A stretch of 53,448 nucleotides of DNA. Source: an uncultured Bacteroidia bacterium. Lineage in GTDB: Bacteria; Bacteroidota; Bacteroidia; Bacteroidales; GCA-2748055. A program made the translations under genes and the position numbers. Shown here piece after piece: positions 1 to 9,667 of this stretch; position 1 is the stretch's first letter; the number at the start of each line of letters is the position of its first letter. The notes under the pieces were generated by a model. That model saw only the letters and a list, made by a program, of their open reading frames with translations, had not been told where the DNA came from and did not search any database. Location of the stretch: positions 1-53,448 of the forward strand of contig CBDTYO010000001.1 in assembly GCA_965364615.1 (NCBI GenBank), given 5' to 3'.

Positions 1-309
1 GGAAAATAGGGTCCCTACGTACGTCACAAATCCAAGTTCTACAGCCTGCACAAAGGCGATGACCCCTATACCATTGAACGGGAGCGTGCCATCGAGATCA
101 TCACCGAGAAACGCAGCCAGGAAGAGAACCGGAACATCAAACAATTTGAAGAGGAGCCCGGTTTGCTCATTCTGAATGGGCGTTATGGTCCCTATATCTC
201 CTTTAATAAAAAGAACTACAGGATCCCTAAAAACATGACGCCGGAAGATCTGACCCTGGAGGAGTGCCGCGAAATTATGCAAAAGGCTGCAGCCCGGACA
301 AAAAAATAA
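1..309 (+). CDS. topA: DNA topoisomerase I, C-terminal fragment (5' end outside window); in-frame TAG at 7-9
   Basis: Frame 1 reads GK*GPYVRHKSKFYSLHKGDDPYTIERERAIEIITEKRSQEENRNIKQFEEEPGLLILNGRYGPYISFNKKNYRIPKNMTPEDLTLEECREIMQKAAARTKK with stop TAA at 307-309. The duplicated G-[KR]-x-GPY-[VI] module resembles the bacterial TopA C-terminal repeats. It is absent from the ORF track because it has no Met. Confidence 0.55.
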
Positions 310-329
310 CATCCTAAACCCCAGAACCC

Positions 330-1505
330 ATGGACCTCAATGGATATTTCGATCCTGTCAGCCTGGAAAGGCCCGATTTCGAATACCTGGAAGACACTGA
401 ATCTTTCAGCCATCACATTTCGGTCCACACCCCCGATCAGCCCATACGGGAACTGGATAAACACCAGGTAGCCATAGTGGGCATACCGGTGGACGACAAT
501 GCCTTTATCAAAGGCAGCAAAGAAGCCCCGGACCAGATCAGGAGCCTTTTGTATCAGTTGCGCAAGATCAACAAGAACCTGAAGATCTATGACCTGGGGA
601 ACCTGAAGAAGGGGGAATCCATGAACGATACCTATTTTGCGCTCAGAGATGTGTTGCTGGAGCTGAAGGAGCGGGATATGGTGACGGTCATTTTTGGAGG
701 ATCCCAGGACCTGGGACGGGGCGTCTTTCTTGCCCTGGAGAAACAAACGGGTCTGCACCAGATACTGACCATCGATTCCATGCTCGATTTTTCCATGAAG
801 GAGGAGGTACTCTCCTCCCGCAACTACCTGAATCAACTGCTGGATCCCTCCACAGGTTCACAATTTGGCCTCACCAACATTGGACACCAGGCTTACTTTG
901 TGACCGAGAACCAGATCCGGCAGTTGGAAAACTCATACCTGGAGAGCATCAGGCTGGGCGATGTAAGGAAGGACATACAACAGACCGAACCGCTGGTCCG
1001 TGACTCAACATTTATCAGCATCGATCTGGGAGCTGTCAGGCATGCCGATGCCCCGGGAAGTTCCATCCCCTCTCCCAATGGTTTCTTTGCCCACGAACTT
1101 TGCCAGATCACCCGCTATGCAGGACTCAGCGAACAGGTGGGCATTCTGGGCTTCTTTGAGTGCAGCCCTCCATCTGATATCAACAGGCAAAGCGCCCACC
1201 TCAGCGCCCAGGCAGCCTGGTATTTTCTGGAGGGTCTTTCACACCGGATCCGGGAGAATCCCGTGGATACACCTGAGCATATCAAGAAGTTTATTGTCGC
1301 CCTCAACGCAGCCGGCCACGACATCATATTCCACAAAAGCACCCTCTCCGAAAGGTGGTGGATGGAAATTCCGGTAAAGAATCCAGCCACAGGATATAAC
1401 TTTTTTGTTTCCTGTGCGTATGAAGATTACCAGCAGGCCTGTAATCAGGAGATTCCAGACCGTTGGTGGCGCTTCCTGCACAGGTTGGGTAACGAAATGG
1501 AATAA
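330..1505 (+). CDS. arginase/agmatinase/formiminoglutamase-fold protein with degenerate metal-binding motifs
   Basis: 391-aa ORF. The arginase-family motif positions are recognisable but altered: GGSQDL in place of GGDHS, IDSMLD in place of DAHxD, and SIDLGAVRHADAPG in place of S-x-D-x-D-x-x-DP-x-x-APG. Confidence 0.6.
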   Translation: MDLNGYFDPVSLERPDFEYLEDTESFSHHISVHTPDQPIRELDKHQVAIVGIPVDDNAFIKGSKEAPDQIRSLLYQLRKINKNLKIYDLGNLKKGESMNDTYFALRDVLLELKERDMVTVIFGGSQDLGRGVFLALEKQTGLHQILTIDSMLDFSMKEEVLSSRNYLNQLLDPSTGSQFGLTNIGHQAYFVTENQIRQLENSYLESIRLGDVRKDIQQTEPLVRDSTFISIDLGAVRHADAPGSSIPSPNGFFAHELCQITRYAGLSEQVGILGFFECSPPSDINRQSAHLSAQAAWYFLEGLSHRIRENPVDTPEHIKKFIVALNAAGHDIIFHKSTLSERWWMEIPVKNPATGYNFFVSCAYEDYQQACNQEIPDRWWRFLHRLGNEME

Positions 1506-1648
1506 AGCCCCAGGAGGTGCACTGGAAAGTCCAGAGCTTATAAACATTCTGCTGTTAACAAAATTTGTGATGTCGAACAATTTTTACTTATTTTACCTGA
1601 GCCGTAAAGGCCCAGGAAACTAAGCCCGGAAGTGAGTTAAGCAGACCC

Positions 1649-2587
1649 ATGAAGAGATTGGTTTACATACTATTTTTAGGGGTGATCTCACTGAATATTC
1701 AGGCCCAGCAGGACCCGAAATTCAGTCAGAATATGTTCCTCGCGCCATTCTACAATCCGGGTGCGGTTGGGAGTTCCGACAAAATATGTCTTGCAGCCGC
1801 CTTCCGCAACCAATGGACGGGCCTTCCGGATGCACCCATCACCACCATTTTTACCGCCAACATGCCCTTCAATCTTCTGGGACGAACCCATGGGGTGGGC
1901 ATCAGCTTCATGAATGACAACCTGGCTTTCAACAATGATTTTTTGTTTAGCGCGGCTTATGCCTTCAGGATGGACCTGGGACAGGGAAGTCTGGGCATAG
2001 GTGCCAATGTGGGGCTGGCCAACCAGGCCCTGACACCTGAATGGAACGGAGCAGATGTGATCAACCCCGATACGGATGATGCCATTCCGAAAAACGGAGG
2101 AAGTGTTTTTGGTTTTGATATGGGGCTTGGAGTGTATTACAACACGGAAAAACTGTATGTGGGTCTTTCAACCACTCATTTGAACCAGACCTCATTCACA
2201 TACCCGGAAGAAATTGCTGAAACCAAACTGATCAGGCACTATTACCTGATGGCCGGCTACAATATACAATTGGCCAATCCCATGTTTGAAATCATGCCTT
2301 CACTGATGATCCAGAGCGACCTCAGGTCCAATTTGATCTACCTGAATACCAACCTGAGATACAATAAAAGATTCTGGGGTGGAGTTTCATATACAGTGGG
2401 CGGGGCTTTGACAGCTCTTTTTGGCATAGAAATGCTGAACGGGATCATGATCGGTTATTCCTATGATTTTGAACTTTCGCCCCTGATGAAATACAATAGC
2501 GGGTCCCATGAAGTCACTGTTCGATATTGCTTCGATCTGAGTGTTGACAGGAGTCCCTCGAGATATAAGAGTATTAGATTTTTATAA
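1649..2587 (+). CDS. porP: type IX secretion system membrane protein PorP/SprF family
   Basis: 312 aa. Signal peptide ending ...NIQAQQDPKFSQNMF, then NPGAVG. The C-terminal NSGSHEVTVRYCF motif is typical of PorP/SprF. It sits directly upstream of gldK, as in the porP-porKLMN operon. Confidence 0.85.
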   Translation: MKRLVYILFLGVISLNIQAQQDPKFSQNMFLAPFYNPGAVGSSDKICLAAAFRNQWTGLPDAPITTIFTANMPFNLLGRTHGVGISFMNDNLAFNNDFLFSAAYAFRMDLGQGSLGIGANVGLANQALTPEWNGADVINPDTDDAIPKNGGSVFGFDMGLGVYYNTEKLYVGLSTTHLNQTSFTYPEEIAETKLIRHYYLMAGYNIQLANPMFEIMPSLMIQSDLRSNLIYLNTNLRYNKRFWGGVSYTVGGALTALFGIEMLNGIMIGYSYDFELSPLMKYNSGSHEVTVRYCFDLSVDRSPSRYKSIRFL

Positions 2588-2667
2588 AATATGTCCATTT
2601 TCTGATTGTTTTGCATACTATAAACAATTGATATAACGTTGGTTTTGCATCTATTAAGCGATATGCT

Positions 2668-4053
2668 ATGAAACGATTCGTGATTTTTGTTGTTGTTTCG
2701 ATTCTCATTGGAAGTTGTAGCTCATATAACTCGGGAGAATTGGTTGGAGTTGATGGAAGAAAGGCTTATGCTGAACCTGATCCCTTTGGCATGGTAGCTG
2801 TTCCCAATGGCTCTTTTGTGATGGGTCCCAGTGACCAGGATGTTACCTGGACTCAAAACAGCTTACCCAGAACAGTGGCTGTTGATGCCTTCTGGATGGA
2901 CGAGACAGAGATTACAAACAACGAATACAGGCAATTTGTATTCTGGGTGCGTGACTCTATCATCCGGAAAGAACTTGCCATTCAGGGCATAGATGATTTT
3001 ATGCTAAAAGATCGTGATGACCAGCCCTATGAGGATATAAACGGCGATCCCATCATCGACTGGGATGCCCCACTGGATCCCTCCAGGGATAAAGAGGGCA
3101 ATATTGCCCAGATCATTGAAGACCTTGAGCTTTACTACACAGGTGAGGAACGACTTTCTCAGTACTTCAGAGAAATCAACCCCACCAAGCTCATCTATAA
3201 CTACTACTGGGTAGACCTGGTACAGGCAGCCAATCCAAACAATGGATTCCGTCTCAATTACTCTGGGGGCAATGCCGATCCGGTGGTGACCTACAATGGA
3301 ACTGTGACCAGGCCCAGCGGCGAAAGGGAAGAGATCACAGGACGCTCCTCTTTTGTAAATAAAGACTGGGTGCTTGTATATCCCGACACACTGGTATGGG
3401 TAAGGGACTTTACTTTTTCCTTCAATGAGCCCATGACCAATATGTATTTCTCCTCTCCTTCCTACGATAATTATCCCGTGGTGGGAGTGAGCTGGAAGCA
3501 AGCCAATGCTTTTTGCATCTGGAGAACCAATTATCTGAATCAGGCCCTCCACAACAGCGGACAGGGCATCGTTCAGAACTACAGGCTCCCCATAGAGGCC
3601 GAATGGGAGTATGCTGCCAGGGGAGGCCTGGATCATAGCATGTACCCCTGGGGTGGAGTATATCTCCGGAACAAGCTGGGCTGCTTCATTGCCAATTTCA
3701 AGCCGCTGCGCGGAAATTATACCGACGACGGTTCCATGTATCCCGCCAGGGTTGGATTTTATGGCGTGCCCAATGAATATGGCCTTTACGACATGGCCGG
3801 CAACGTGGCCGAATGGACCATTACCGCTTACGATCCTTCAGCCTATGTCTTTTCGCACGATATGAATCCCTATTACAATTACAACGCCACTCCGGAAGAT
3901 CCGGCCGTCATGAAGCGCAAGGTGATCAGGGGTGGTTCCTGGAAGGATGTTGCCTATTTTCTGCAAGTGAGTACCCGGGCCTATGAATACCAGGACTCCA
4001 CCAAATCCTTCATTGGTTTCAGGTGCGTGCGTTCATACCTGGGTGATCAATAA
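2668..4053 (+). CDS. gldK: gliding motility / T9SS lipoprotein GldK (PorK), FGE-sulfatase (SUMF1) fold
   Basis: 461 aa. Lipoprotein signal MKRFVIFVVVSILIGSC. FGE-domain motifs YRLPIEAEWEYAARGG, RGGSW and GFRCV. Located in gldKLMN operon context. Confidence 0.92.
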   Translation: MKRFVIFVVVSILIGSCSSYNSGELVGVDGRKAYAEPDPFGMVAVPNGSFVMGPSDQDVTWTQNSLPRTVAVDAFWMDETEITNNEYRQFVFWVRDSIIRKELAIQGIDDFMLKDRDDQPYEDINGDPIIDWDAPLDPSRDKEGNIAQIIEDLELYYTGEERLSQYFREINPTKLIYNYYWVDLVQAANPNNGFRLNYSGGNADPVVTYNGTVTRPSGEREEITGRSSFVNKDWVLVYPDTLVWVRDFTFSFNEPMTNMYFSSPSYDNYPVVGVSWKQANAFCIWRTNYLNQALHNSGQGIVQNYRLPIEAEWEYAARGGLDHSMYPWGGVYLRNKLGCFIANFKPLRGNYTDDGSMYPARVGFYGVPNEYGLYDMAGNVAEWTITAYDPSAYVFSHDMNPYYNYNATPEDPAVMKRKVIRGGSWKDVAYFLQVSTRAYEYQDSTKSFIGFRCVRSYLGDQ

Positions 4054-4087
4054 TTATCAGGTGATCAATCATTAAATACTTTACATA

Positions 4088-5050
4088 ATGGGAATTACAG
4101 AAATTGTTCAAAGTTCGGGCTGGAAGAGTTTCACGGCCAAACTCTATGGCTTCGGTGCCTCCATTGTAATTGTTGGAGCCCTCTTCAAAATTCAGCACTG
4201 GCCAGGAGCTGGTGTGGCTTTGACGGCAGGGCTGCTGATTGAAGCCATCATCTTCTTCTTTTCGGCATTTGAGCCTCTCCATGAAGAACTGGACTGGACC
4301 CTGGTCTATCCAGAACTGGCTGGTATGTCGGATCCGGATGAGATCGATGAATATAAGGAGCAGGCCATCGCCGACAGGAATGTGGGTCTGCAAAAATTCG
4401 ATGAGCTGTTTCAACAATCCCAGATCAACGCGGAGGATGTAAGGAGCCTGGGCAAGCACCTGAACACCATATCAAGCACCACCGAAACCATTGGCGACAT
4501 TACCTCGGCATCCCTGGCCACCAAGGAATACTTTGACAAGATGGGACATGCCGCCCAGAACATGGATAACGTGGCCACTGCCTATGGCACCAATACAGGG
4601 GTGTTGAACGAATCCGTCAATACCCTGGCCGACTCCTATAAAAACGTGGCAACGCTGATCGATGCCAAGGGAAAGGACATTGCCGATAAATTTGCCGCCT
4701 CCAGCGCCAACCTGACTGCCACCTATGAAGCCATGTCGGGAGAGGTCAAGCAGGAGCACAGCAATATCTCACAAAGCCAGAGGCAATTCAACGAACAGCT
4801 TGCCACCCTGAACAAGAACCTGGCTGATCTGAACGCCTCCTACTCCGATCAATTGAAGGGAAGCAAGGATCACCTGGAAGGCACCAGCGGGGTATACAAA
4901 GGGCTGAACGAAATGATCAACAGCCTGCAGGTTTCTGTGGAAGAGACGCAGAAATATAAAAATGAAATTGTCAAGCTCAGTGAAAGTCTTTCTGAACTGA
5001 ACAATGTATATGGCAACATGCTCACCGCCATGAGCATCAGAAAGAAGTAA
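4088..5050 (+). CDS. gldL: gliding motility / T9SS protein GldL (PorL)
   Basis: 320 aa. Two N-terminal TM helices with the conserved GASIVIVGALFKIQHWPG...EAIIFFFSAFEP signature, then a long cytoplasmic coiled-coil-like tail. Positioned between gldK and gldM. Confidence 0.9.
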   Translation: MGITEIVQSSGWKSFTAKLYGFGASIVIVGALFKIQHWPGAGVALTAGLLIEAIIFFFSAFEPLHEELDWTLVYPELAGMSDPDEIDEYKEQAIADRNVGLQKFDELFQQSQINAEDVRSLGKHLNTISSTTETIGDITSASLATKEYFDKMGHAAQNMDNVATAYGTNTGVLNESVNTLADSYKNVATLIDAKGKDIADKFAASSANLTATYEAMSGEVKQEHSNISQSQRQFNEQLATLNKNLADLNASYSDQLKGSKDHLEGTSGVYKGLNEMINSLQVSVEETQKYKNEIVKLSESLSELNNVYGNMLTAMSIRKK

Positions 5051-5068
5051 ACCCCTTAATCACGCTCT

Positions 5069-6646
5069 ATGGCACACGGTAAAGAGACACCGAGACAAAA
5101 AATGATCGGCATGATGTATTTGGTGCTGACAGCGATGCTGGCACTGAATGTAGCAAAGGAAGTGCTGGATGCATTTACCCTGGTGGATGGGGGGCTAACT
5201 ACGACCATTCAAAATTTTGCAGCCAAGAACGAAGGCCTTTACAGCAAGTTCAACATCGCTTACGAGCAGAATCCCGAAAAGGTGGGAGACTGGAAAACCA
5301 AAGCCGAGGAACTGAAAACCCGGTCCGATGAGTTGTATGAATTCATGAACGAGTGCAAGGTAGAGATCGTTTCCAAAAAGGATGAGGACGCCGTTCATGA
5401 CGGACAGGTTCACCTGGCAGACGTCGGGGTCAAAGATGACACCAATTTCCCCGGCGAGGTAATGATCGTAAATAAAAAAGGGGCGGAGCTTAAGCAGCGT
5501 ATTGAAGAACACCGGGAATTTCTCCTGTCCATGATCGATGACAAAGAAAAGTATGCCGGAACGGTAGGAGCCATTGAAGGAAACCTGAGCACCGAGGTGC
5601 CGGAAGATTTTCATCACAACGCGAAGAAAGGAACCACCCCTACCTGGGAATCCACCTATTTTGAATACCTGCCGCTGGCTTCTGTCATAACCATTCTTTC
5701 CAAGATGCAGGGCGATGTGCGCAACGTGGAAGCTGAAATGCTCAATTACCTGTTGGGACAAATCGATGCCGGCGACTTCAAGGTGCATGTGATCCGCCCT
5801 GTGGTGCTGTCCAATTCCAACTATGTATTTACGGGGCAGGAGTACAGGGCCCAGGTATTCCTGGCCGCTTATGACTCCACCAATGTACCCGAGGTGGAAC
5901 TGGAAGACGGTACCCTCCTGGAAACCCAAGGGGGCATGGGGATTTTCTCCGCCACATACAACAGCACGGGAATCAGAAAATGGGGAGGGACCATTTCCAT
6001 CGAACAGGATGGTCAGGTGACCTCCAAGCCCTTTACTGCAGAATTTGAAGTGGGACAGGCCACGGCCACGGTCTCAGCCACCGGCATGAATGTATTCTAC
6101 CGCGGGATTCCCAATCCCGTGGCCATTTCAGCGGGGGGTGTGCCTGAAAGCGATGTGCAGGCACGGATCTCCTCCGGAAATATCAGAAGAACAGGAGTCG
6201 GCGTCTATACAGTGAGACCCGGACCCACGGGGAACAGGGCCACTGTCAGCGTATATGCCACCGTGGATGGTGCGCAAAAACTGATGACCCGGCAGGACTT
6301 CAGGGTATATGACCTGCCCAAACCTGATGCCAAGGTAGAGGGCATCTCCGGATCGGAAGGTGCCCTGACCGTGGGCAGACTCTCCCAATTGCAAATCGTT
6401 GAGGCTGAAGCCGAAGACTTTGTATTTGAAGTAGACTACACGGTACAGTCCTTCGAAGTCGCTTTCCAGGGACAGGGTGGGATCTGGAGTACCATTCCCT
6501 CCGAAAGTGAAAGATTCACTTCTCAACAGAAGAACATATTCCGTCAGCTGAGAAGCGGACAGCGTGTGATGATTGAGAAGATCAAGGCCACAGGGCCCGA
6601 TGGAAGAGTTCAAAATTTAAATAGCATTACCATAACCGTACGATAA
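5069..6646 (+). CDS. gldM: gliding motility / T9SS protein GldM (PorM)
   Basis: 525 aa. Starts with the canonical GldM N-terminus MAHGKETPRQKMIGMMYLVLTAMLALNV (single TM helix), followed by a large periplasmic region. Confidence 0.92.
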   Translation: MAHGKETPRQKMIGMMYLVLTAMLALNVAKEVLDAFTLVDGGLTTTIQNFAAKNEGLYSKFNIAYEQNPEKVGDWKTKAEELKTRSDELYEFMNECKVEIVSKKDEDAVHDGQVHLADVGVKDDTNFPGEVMIVNKKGAELKQRIEEHREFLLSMIDDKEKYAGTVGAIEGNLSTEVPEDFHHNAKKGTTPTWESTYFEYLPLASVITILSKMQGDVRNVEAEMLNYLLGQIDAGDFKVHVIRPVVLSNSNYVFTGQEYRAQVFLAAYDSTNVPEVELEDGTLLETQGGMGIFSATYNSTGIRKWGGTISIEQDGQVTSKPFTAEFEVGQATATVSATGMNVFYRGIPNPVAISAGGVPESDVQARISSGNIRRTGVGVYTVRPGPTGNRATVSVYATVDGAQKLMTRQDFRVYDLPKPDAKVEGISGSEGALTVGRLSQLQIVEAEAEDFVFEVDYTVQSFEVAFQGQGGIWSTIPSESERFTSQQKNIFRQLRSGQRVMIEKIKATGPDGRVQNLNSITITVR

Positions 6647-6647
6647 G

Positions 6648-7535
6648 ATGAAGGCAAGAAGATTAATTTTCGCAGCAGCAGTCCTGGCCATCTGGACTTT
6701 TTCCTTATCAGCACAAACCCCGGGAAATGCCCCGGTCATCAACACCTATACACCTTCAACGGATGTATATAAGTTGGAGACGATCATTCCGGAAAAAAAA
6801 CCAGTTCCCTATCCCTATGTTCGTGAAGCGGATGTGATCTGGAGCAAGGATATCTGGAGAACCATTGACCTGAGGCACCGCATGAACATGCCCCTGCGCT
6901 ACCCCCTGGAAGGGTCCATGAGCGACGGCAAGCGTTACAGCCTCTTTGGACTGATCATGGAAGGGATCAAGAGCGAGGAGATTACTCCTTACGCTTACAA
7001 CGCCATTACTGCATGGAAGGATCCATTTTCAGTGGTTTCCAGCCTGGAAGAAGTCTATCGCAATTCGGGAGGGGATTCGGTGTATGATGACAACGGTAAT
7101 TTCCTGGAAGTACAGCAGGGTATGACCGATATTCTACAATGGCAACTGCAGGAAGCATGGTTTTTTGACGCAAAACACTCCACCATGAAGGTTCGCATTG
7201 TGGCCCTGGCCCCCATCTACTACCAGCGATATGATGAGATCACCGGGGAACCCCTGCCTTCTCCAAGGTACAGGGTGCCTTTCGTGGTCAGCTTTGAGCA
7301 GTGCCGCAGGTTGTTTGCCACCCATGCGGTATACAATCCCAGAAATGATGCCCAATCCATATCGTTTGACGACCTTTTCATGCAACGGCGCTTCTCCAGC
7401 ACCATCATTGCCGAATCCAATGAGTTCGGCAACCGGATGCTGACCGACTACAAGGTTGGACAGGATATACTGCTGGAAGCTGAACGGATCAAGAACGATC
7501 TGTTCATCATGGAACACGACCTCTGGGAGTATTAA
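6648..7535 (+). CDS. gldN: gliding motility / T9SS protein GldN (PorN)
   Basis: 295 aa with a signal peptide. Motif VIWSKDIWRTIDLRHRMN is typical of GldN. The start codon lies 1 nt after the gldM stop. Confidence 0.88.
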   Translation: MKARRLIFAAAVLAIWTFSLSAQTPGNAPVINTYTPSTDVYKLETIIPEKKPVPYPYVREADVIWSKDIWRTIDLRHRMNMPLRYPLEGSMSDGKRYSLFGLIMEGIKSEEITPYAYNAITAWKDPFSVVSSLEEVYRNSGGDSVYDDNGNFLEVQQGMTDILQWQLQEAWFFDAKHSTMKVRIVALAPIYYQRYDEITGEPLPSPRYRVPFVVSFEQCRRLFATHAVYNPRNDAQSISFDDLFMQRRFSSTIIAESNEFGNRMLTDYKVGQDILLEAERIKNDLFIMEHDLWEY

Positions 7536-7554
7536 CCCTGGCTCATAACATATG

Positions 7555-7589
7555 AAACCGCATCTCATCAGGTGCGGTTTTTTTTATTT
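7555..7589 (+). terminator. rho-independent terminator after gldN
   Basis: aaaccgcatc / ggtgcggttt forms a 10-bp stem (one G-U pair) with a 6-nt loop, followed by a T-run at 7579-7585. Confidence 0.75.
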
Positions 7590-7698
7590 CCGGACTGAGT
7601 ATTATGATTCCGAAGCCTTGGCGGGGAGCATATGTTCTGGAAGCCGCCTACAAACAGTCACGCAGTGACGGTTTTCAGCGGCGACAGAATATATGCGA

Positions 7699-8793
7699 CT
7701 ACATCATATCCTCACCGATCTCGGTTTTGATATCGTTGACGTACTGCTTGATCTTCTGCTCATCCTCGCGTTTGCATACCAGCACGATGTTCTCGTTCTG
7801 AACCACAATATAATCCTTCAGCCCCTGCAAAACCACCAGCATATGGTCCTGCACATTCACCACGTTCCCGGATGATTCGTACATGAATACATGCTTCCCG
7901 GTGATGGAGTTTTCCTGCTCGTTCTTTTGCAGCTGTTCGTAGAGGGAGCCCCAGGTACCCAGATCAGACCATCCAAACTCTGATATCAGCATGTAGACGT
8001 TGTCGGCCTTTTCCATGATTCCGTAGTCAATGCTGATGTTGCGGCAATTCCCATAGGTCTCCTGGATGAACTCACCTTCCTGATCAGTTCCGTATTTCTC
8101 CATCCCCTCCTTGAACAAGTTATGGATCTCAGGCAGGTGCTCTTCAAATGAGTTCATGATGGTATTCAGCGACCAAAAGAAAATACCGGCATTCCAGTAA
8201 AAATCCCCGCTGCTCAGGAATACCTTTGCAAGCTCCAGATCGGGTTTTTCGGTAAATGTTTTCACTTTCCTGAGCCCGGTGGATTCGTAGCCTTTAAGCT
8301 CCTCCCCCAGGGACTGGATATATCCATACCCCGTCTCCGGCCGGCTCGGGACAATTCCCATGGTAAGCAATGCCTCCCTGGATGCCACAAAATCCAGTCC
8401 CTGCCTGACTGCGCGGAGAAATTCCTCCTCCTTGATAATCAAATGATCCGAGGGAGCCACCACAATTCTCGCCTCCGGATTCTTGCGGTGAATCCTGAAA
8501 TTGGCATAATCAATGCATGGTGCTGTATTTCTTCGGGAAGGCTCCAGAAGAATATTCTCCTCAGGAAGTTCCGGCAATTGCTTAACTATATGTTCTTTGT
8601 ATTCCAGGTTGCTTACGATAAAGATCTGTTCCGGGGGCATGAGTTTGATAAACCTGTCGTAGGTCCCCTGTAAAAGGGTTCTTCCGGTTCCCAGAATATC
8701 CAGAAACTGCTTGGGGCATTTTGATTTGCTGAGTGGCCAGAAACGGCTTCCGATTCCGCCAGCCATGATTACACAGAAATTGTTCTTATCCAT
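7699..8793 (-). CDS. mannose-1-phosphate guanylyltransferase (nucleotidyltransferase family)
   Basis: 364 aa. N-terminal sugar-nucleotidyltransferase loop VIMAGGIGSRFWPLSK, with overall ManC-like length and sequence. Ends in a TAG stop at 7699-7701. Confidence 0.8.
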   Translation of the reverse strand: MDKNNFCVIMAGGIGSRFWPLSKSKCPKQFLDILGTGRTLLQGTYDRFIKLMPPEQIFIVSNLEYKEHIVKQLPELPEENILLEPSRRNTAPCIDYANFRIHRKNPEARIVVAPSDHLIIKEEEFLRAVRQGLDFVASREALLTMGIVPSRPETGYGYIQSLGEELKGYESTGLRKVKTFTEKPDLELAKVFLSSGDFYWNAGIFFWSLNTIMNSFEEHLPEIHNLFKEGMEKYGTDQEGEFIQETYGNCRNISIDYGIMEKADNVYMLISEFGWSDLGTWGSLYEQLQKNEQENSITGKHVFMYESSGNVVNVQDHMLVVLQGLKDYIVVQNENIVLVCKREDEQKIKQYVNDIKTEIGEDMM

Positions 8794-8926
8794 GAGTTAA
8801 AAAGGGGGATTTCAGGACTTCTCTGTCGCTATTTACATTAAATATAAGGGCTTTTTCATTAACTCTCCCGACACTTCGGATGTTTTACACAATAATTGAT
8901 ATATTACATAAAATTGGAAGCATTAA

Positions 8927-9667
8927 ATGCGGTTGCTTACACAAATTGGATCCTATTTTCTTTTGATGATCCGGGCCTTCAGCCGGCCAGAGAAATTCAG
9001 CATCCTGTACCGTCAAACCATGCGTGAGATCCAGAAAACAGGCATCAACTCCTTCTCGATTGTGGTGATCATCTCGCTCTTTGTGGGCGCGGTCATTACC
9101 ATCCAAACCAATTTCAATATCGAAAACCCCCTGTTGCCCAGATACCTGGTGGGAGTCACAGTGAGAGATTCGCTTCTGCTGGAGTTTTCCTCCACCATGG
9201 TGGCATTGATCCTGGCCGGGAAGGTGGGGTCCAGCATTGCCTCTGAGCTGGGCATGATGCGGATCACGGAACAAATTGATGCCCTGGAAGTGATGGGCGT
9301 AAATTCAGCTTCTTACCTGATCCTTCCCAAAGTGATCGCCTCGGTCCTTTTTTTTCCCATCCTTTGCCTGCTTAGCATCATCGTCGGACTGGCTGGCGGG
9401 TACTTTTCCTGTGTGGTGGCCGATATCATACCGCCTTCAGAATTCATCTATGGCATCCAGTATGCCTTTTACCCTTACTACATTGGTTATGCCCTGACCA
9501 AAACTGTTTTTTATGCGATCATTATCACCTCTGTCTCCTCCTATTTCGGTTATTATGTGAAAGGAGGAGCTGTGGAGGTGGGAAGGTCCAGCACCAGGGC
9601 AGTGGTCCAGAGCAGCATCCTCATCCTGCTGGCCAACCTGATCCTTACCAGAACCATCCTGCAATGA
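8927..9667 (+). CDS. mlaE: MlaE-family ABC transporter permease
   Basis: 246-aa polytopic membrane protein. Motifs MREIQKTGINSFSIV, ELGMMRITEQIDALEVMGVN and GGAVEVGRSSTRAVV are typical of MlaE/Ttg2B permeases. Confidence 0.8.
   Translation: MRLLTQIGSYFLLMIRAFSRPEKFSILYRQTMREIQKTGINSFSIVVIISLFVGAVITIQTNFNIENPLLPRYLVGVTVRDSLLLEFSSTMVALILAGKVGSSIASELGMMRITEQIDALEVMGVNSASYLILPKVIASVLFFPILCLLSIIVGLAGGYFSCVVADIIPPSEFIYGIQYAFYPYYIGYALTKTVFYAIIITSVSSYFGYYVKGGAVEVGRSSTRAVVQSSILILLANLILTRTILQ

Noticed and set aside
7-9. The TAG in topA as evidence of stop-codon reassignment
   Set aside because: TAG clearly terminates other well-supported genes in this window: manC-like at 7699-7701 (minus strand) and the adhesin at 27618-27620, which is followed 2 nt later by the next start codon. 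The standard code applies.
5195-5929. A 244-aa minus-strand ORF inside gldM, with similar long antisense ORFs at 3004-3636 and 17051-17734
   Set aside because: These are shadow ORFs opposite strongly supported genes (gldM, gldK, TonB-dependent receptor).
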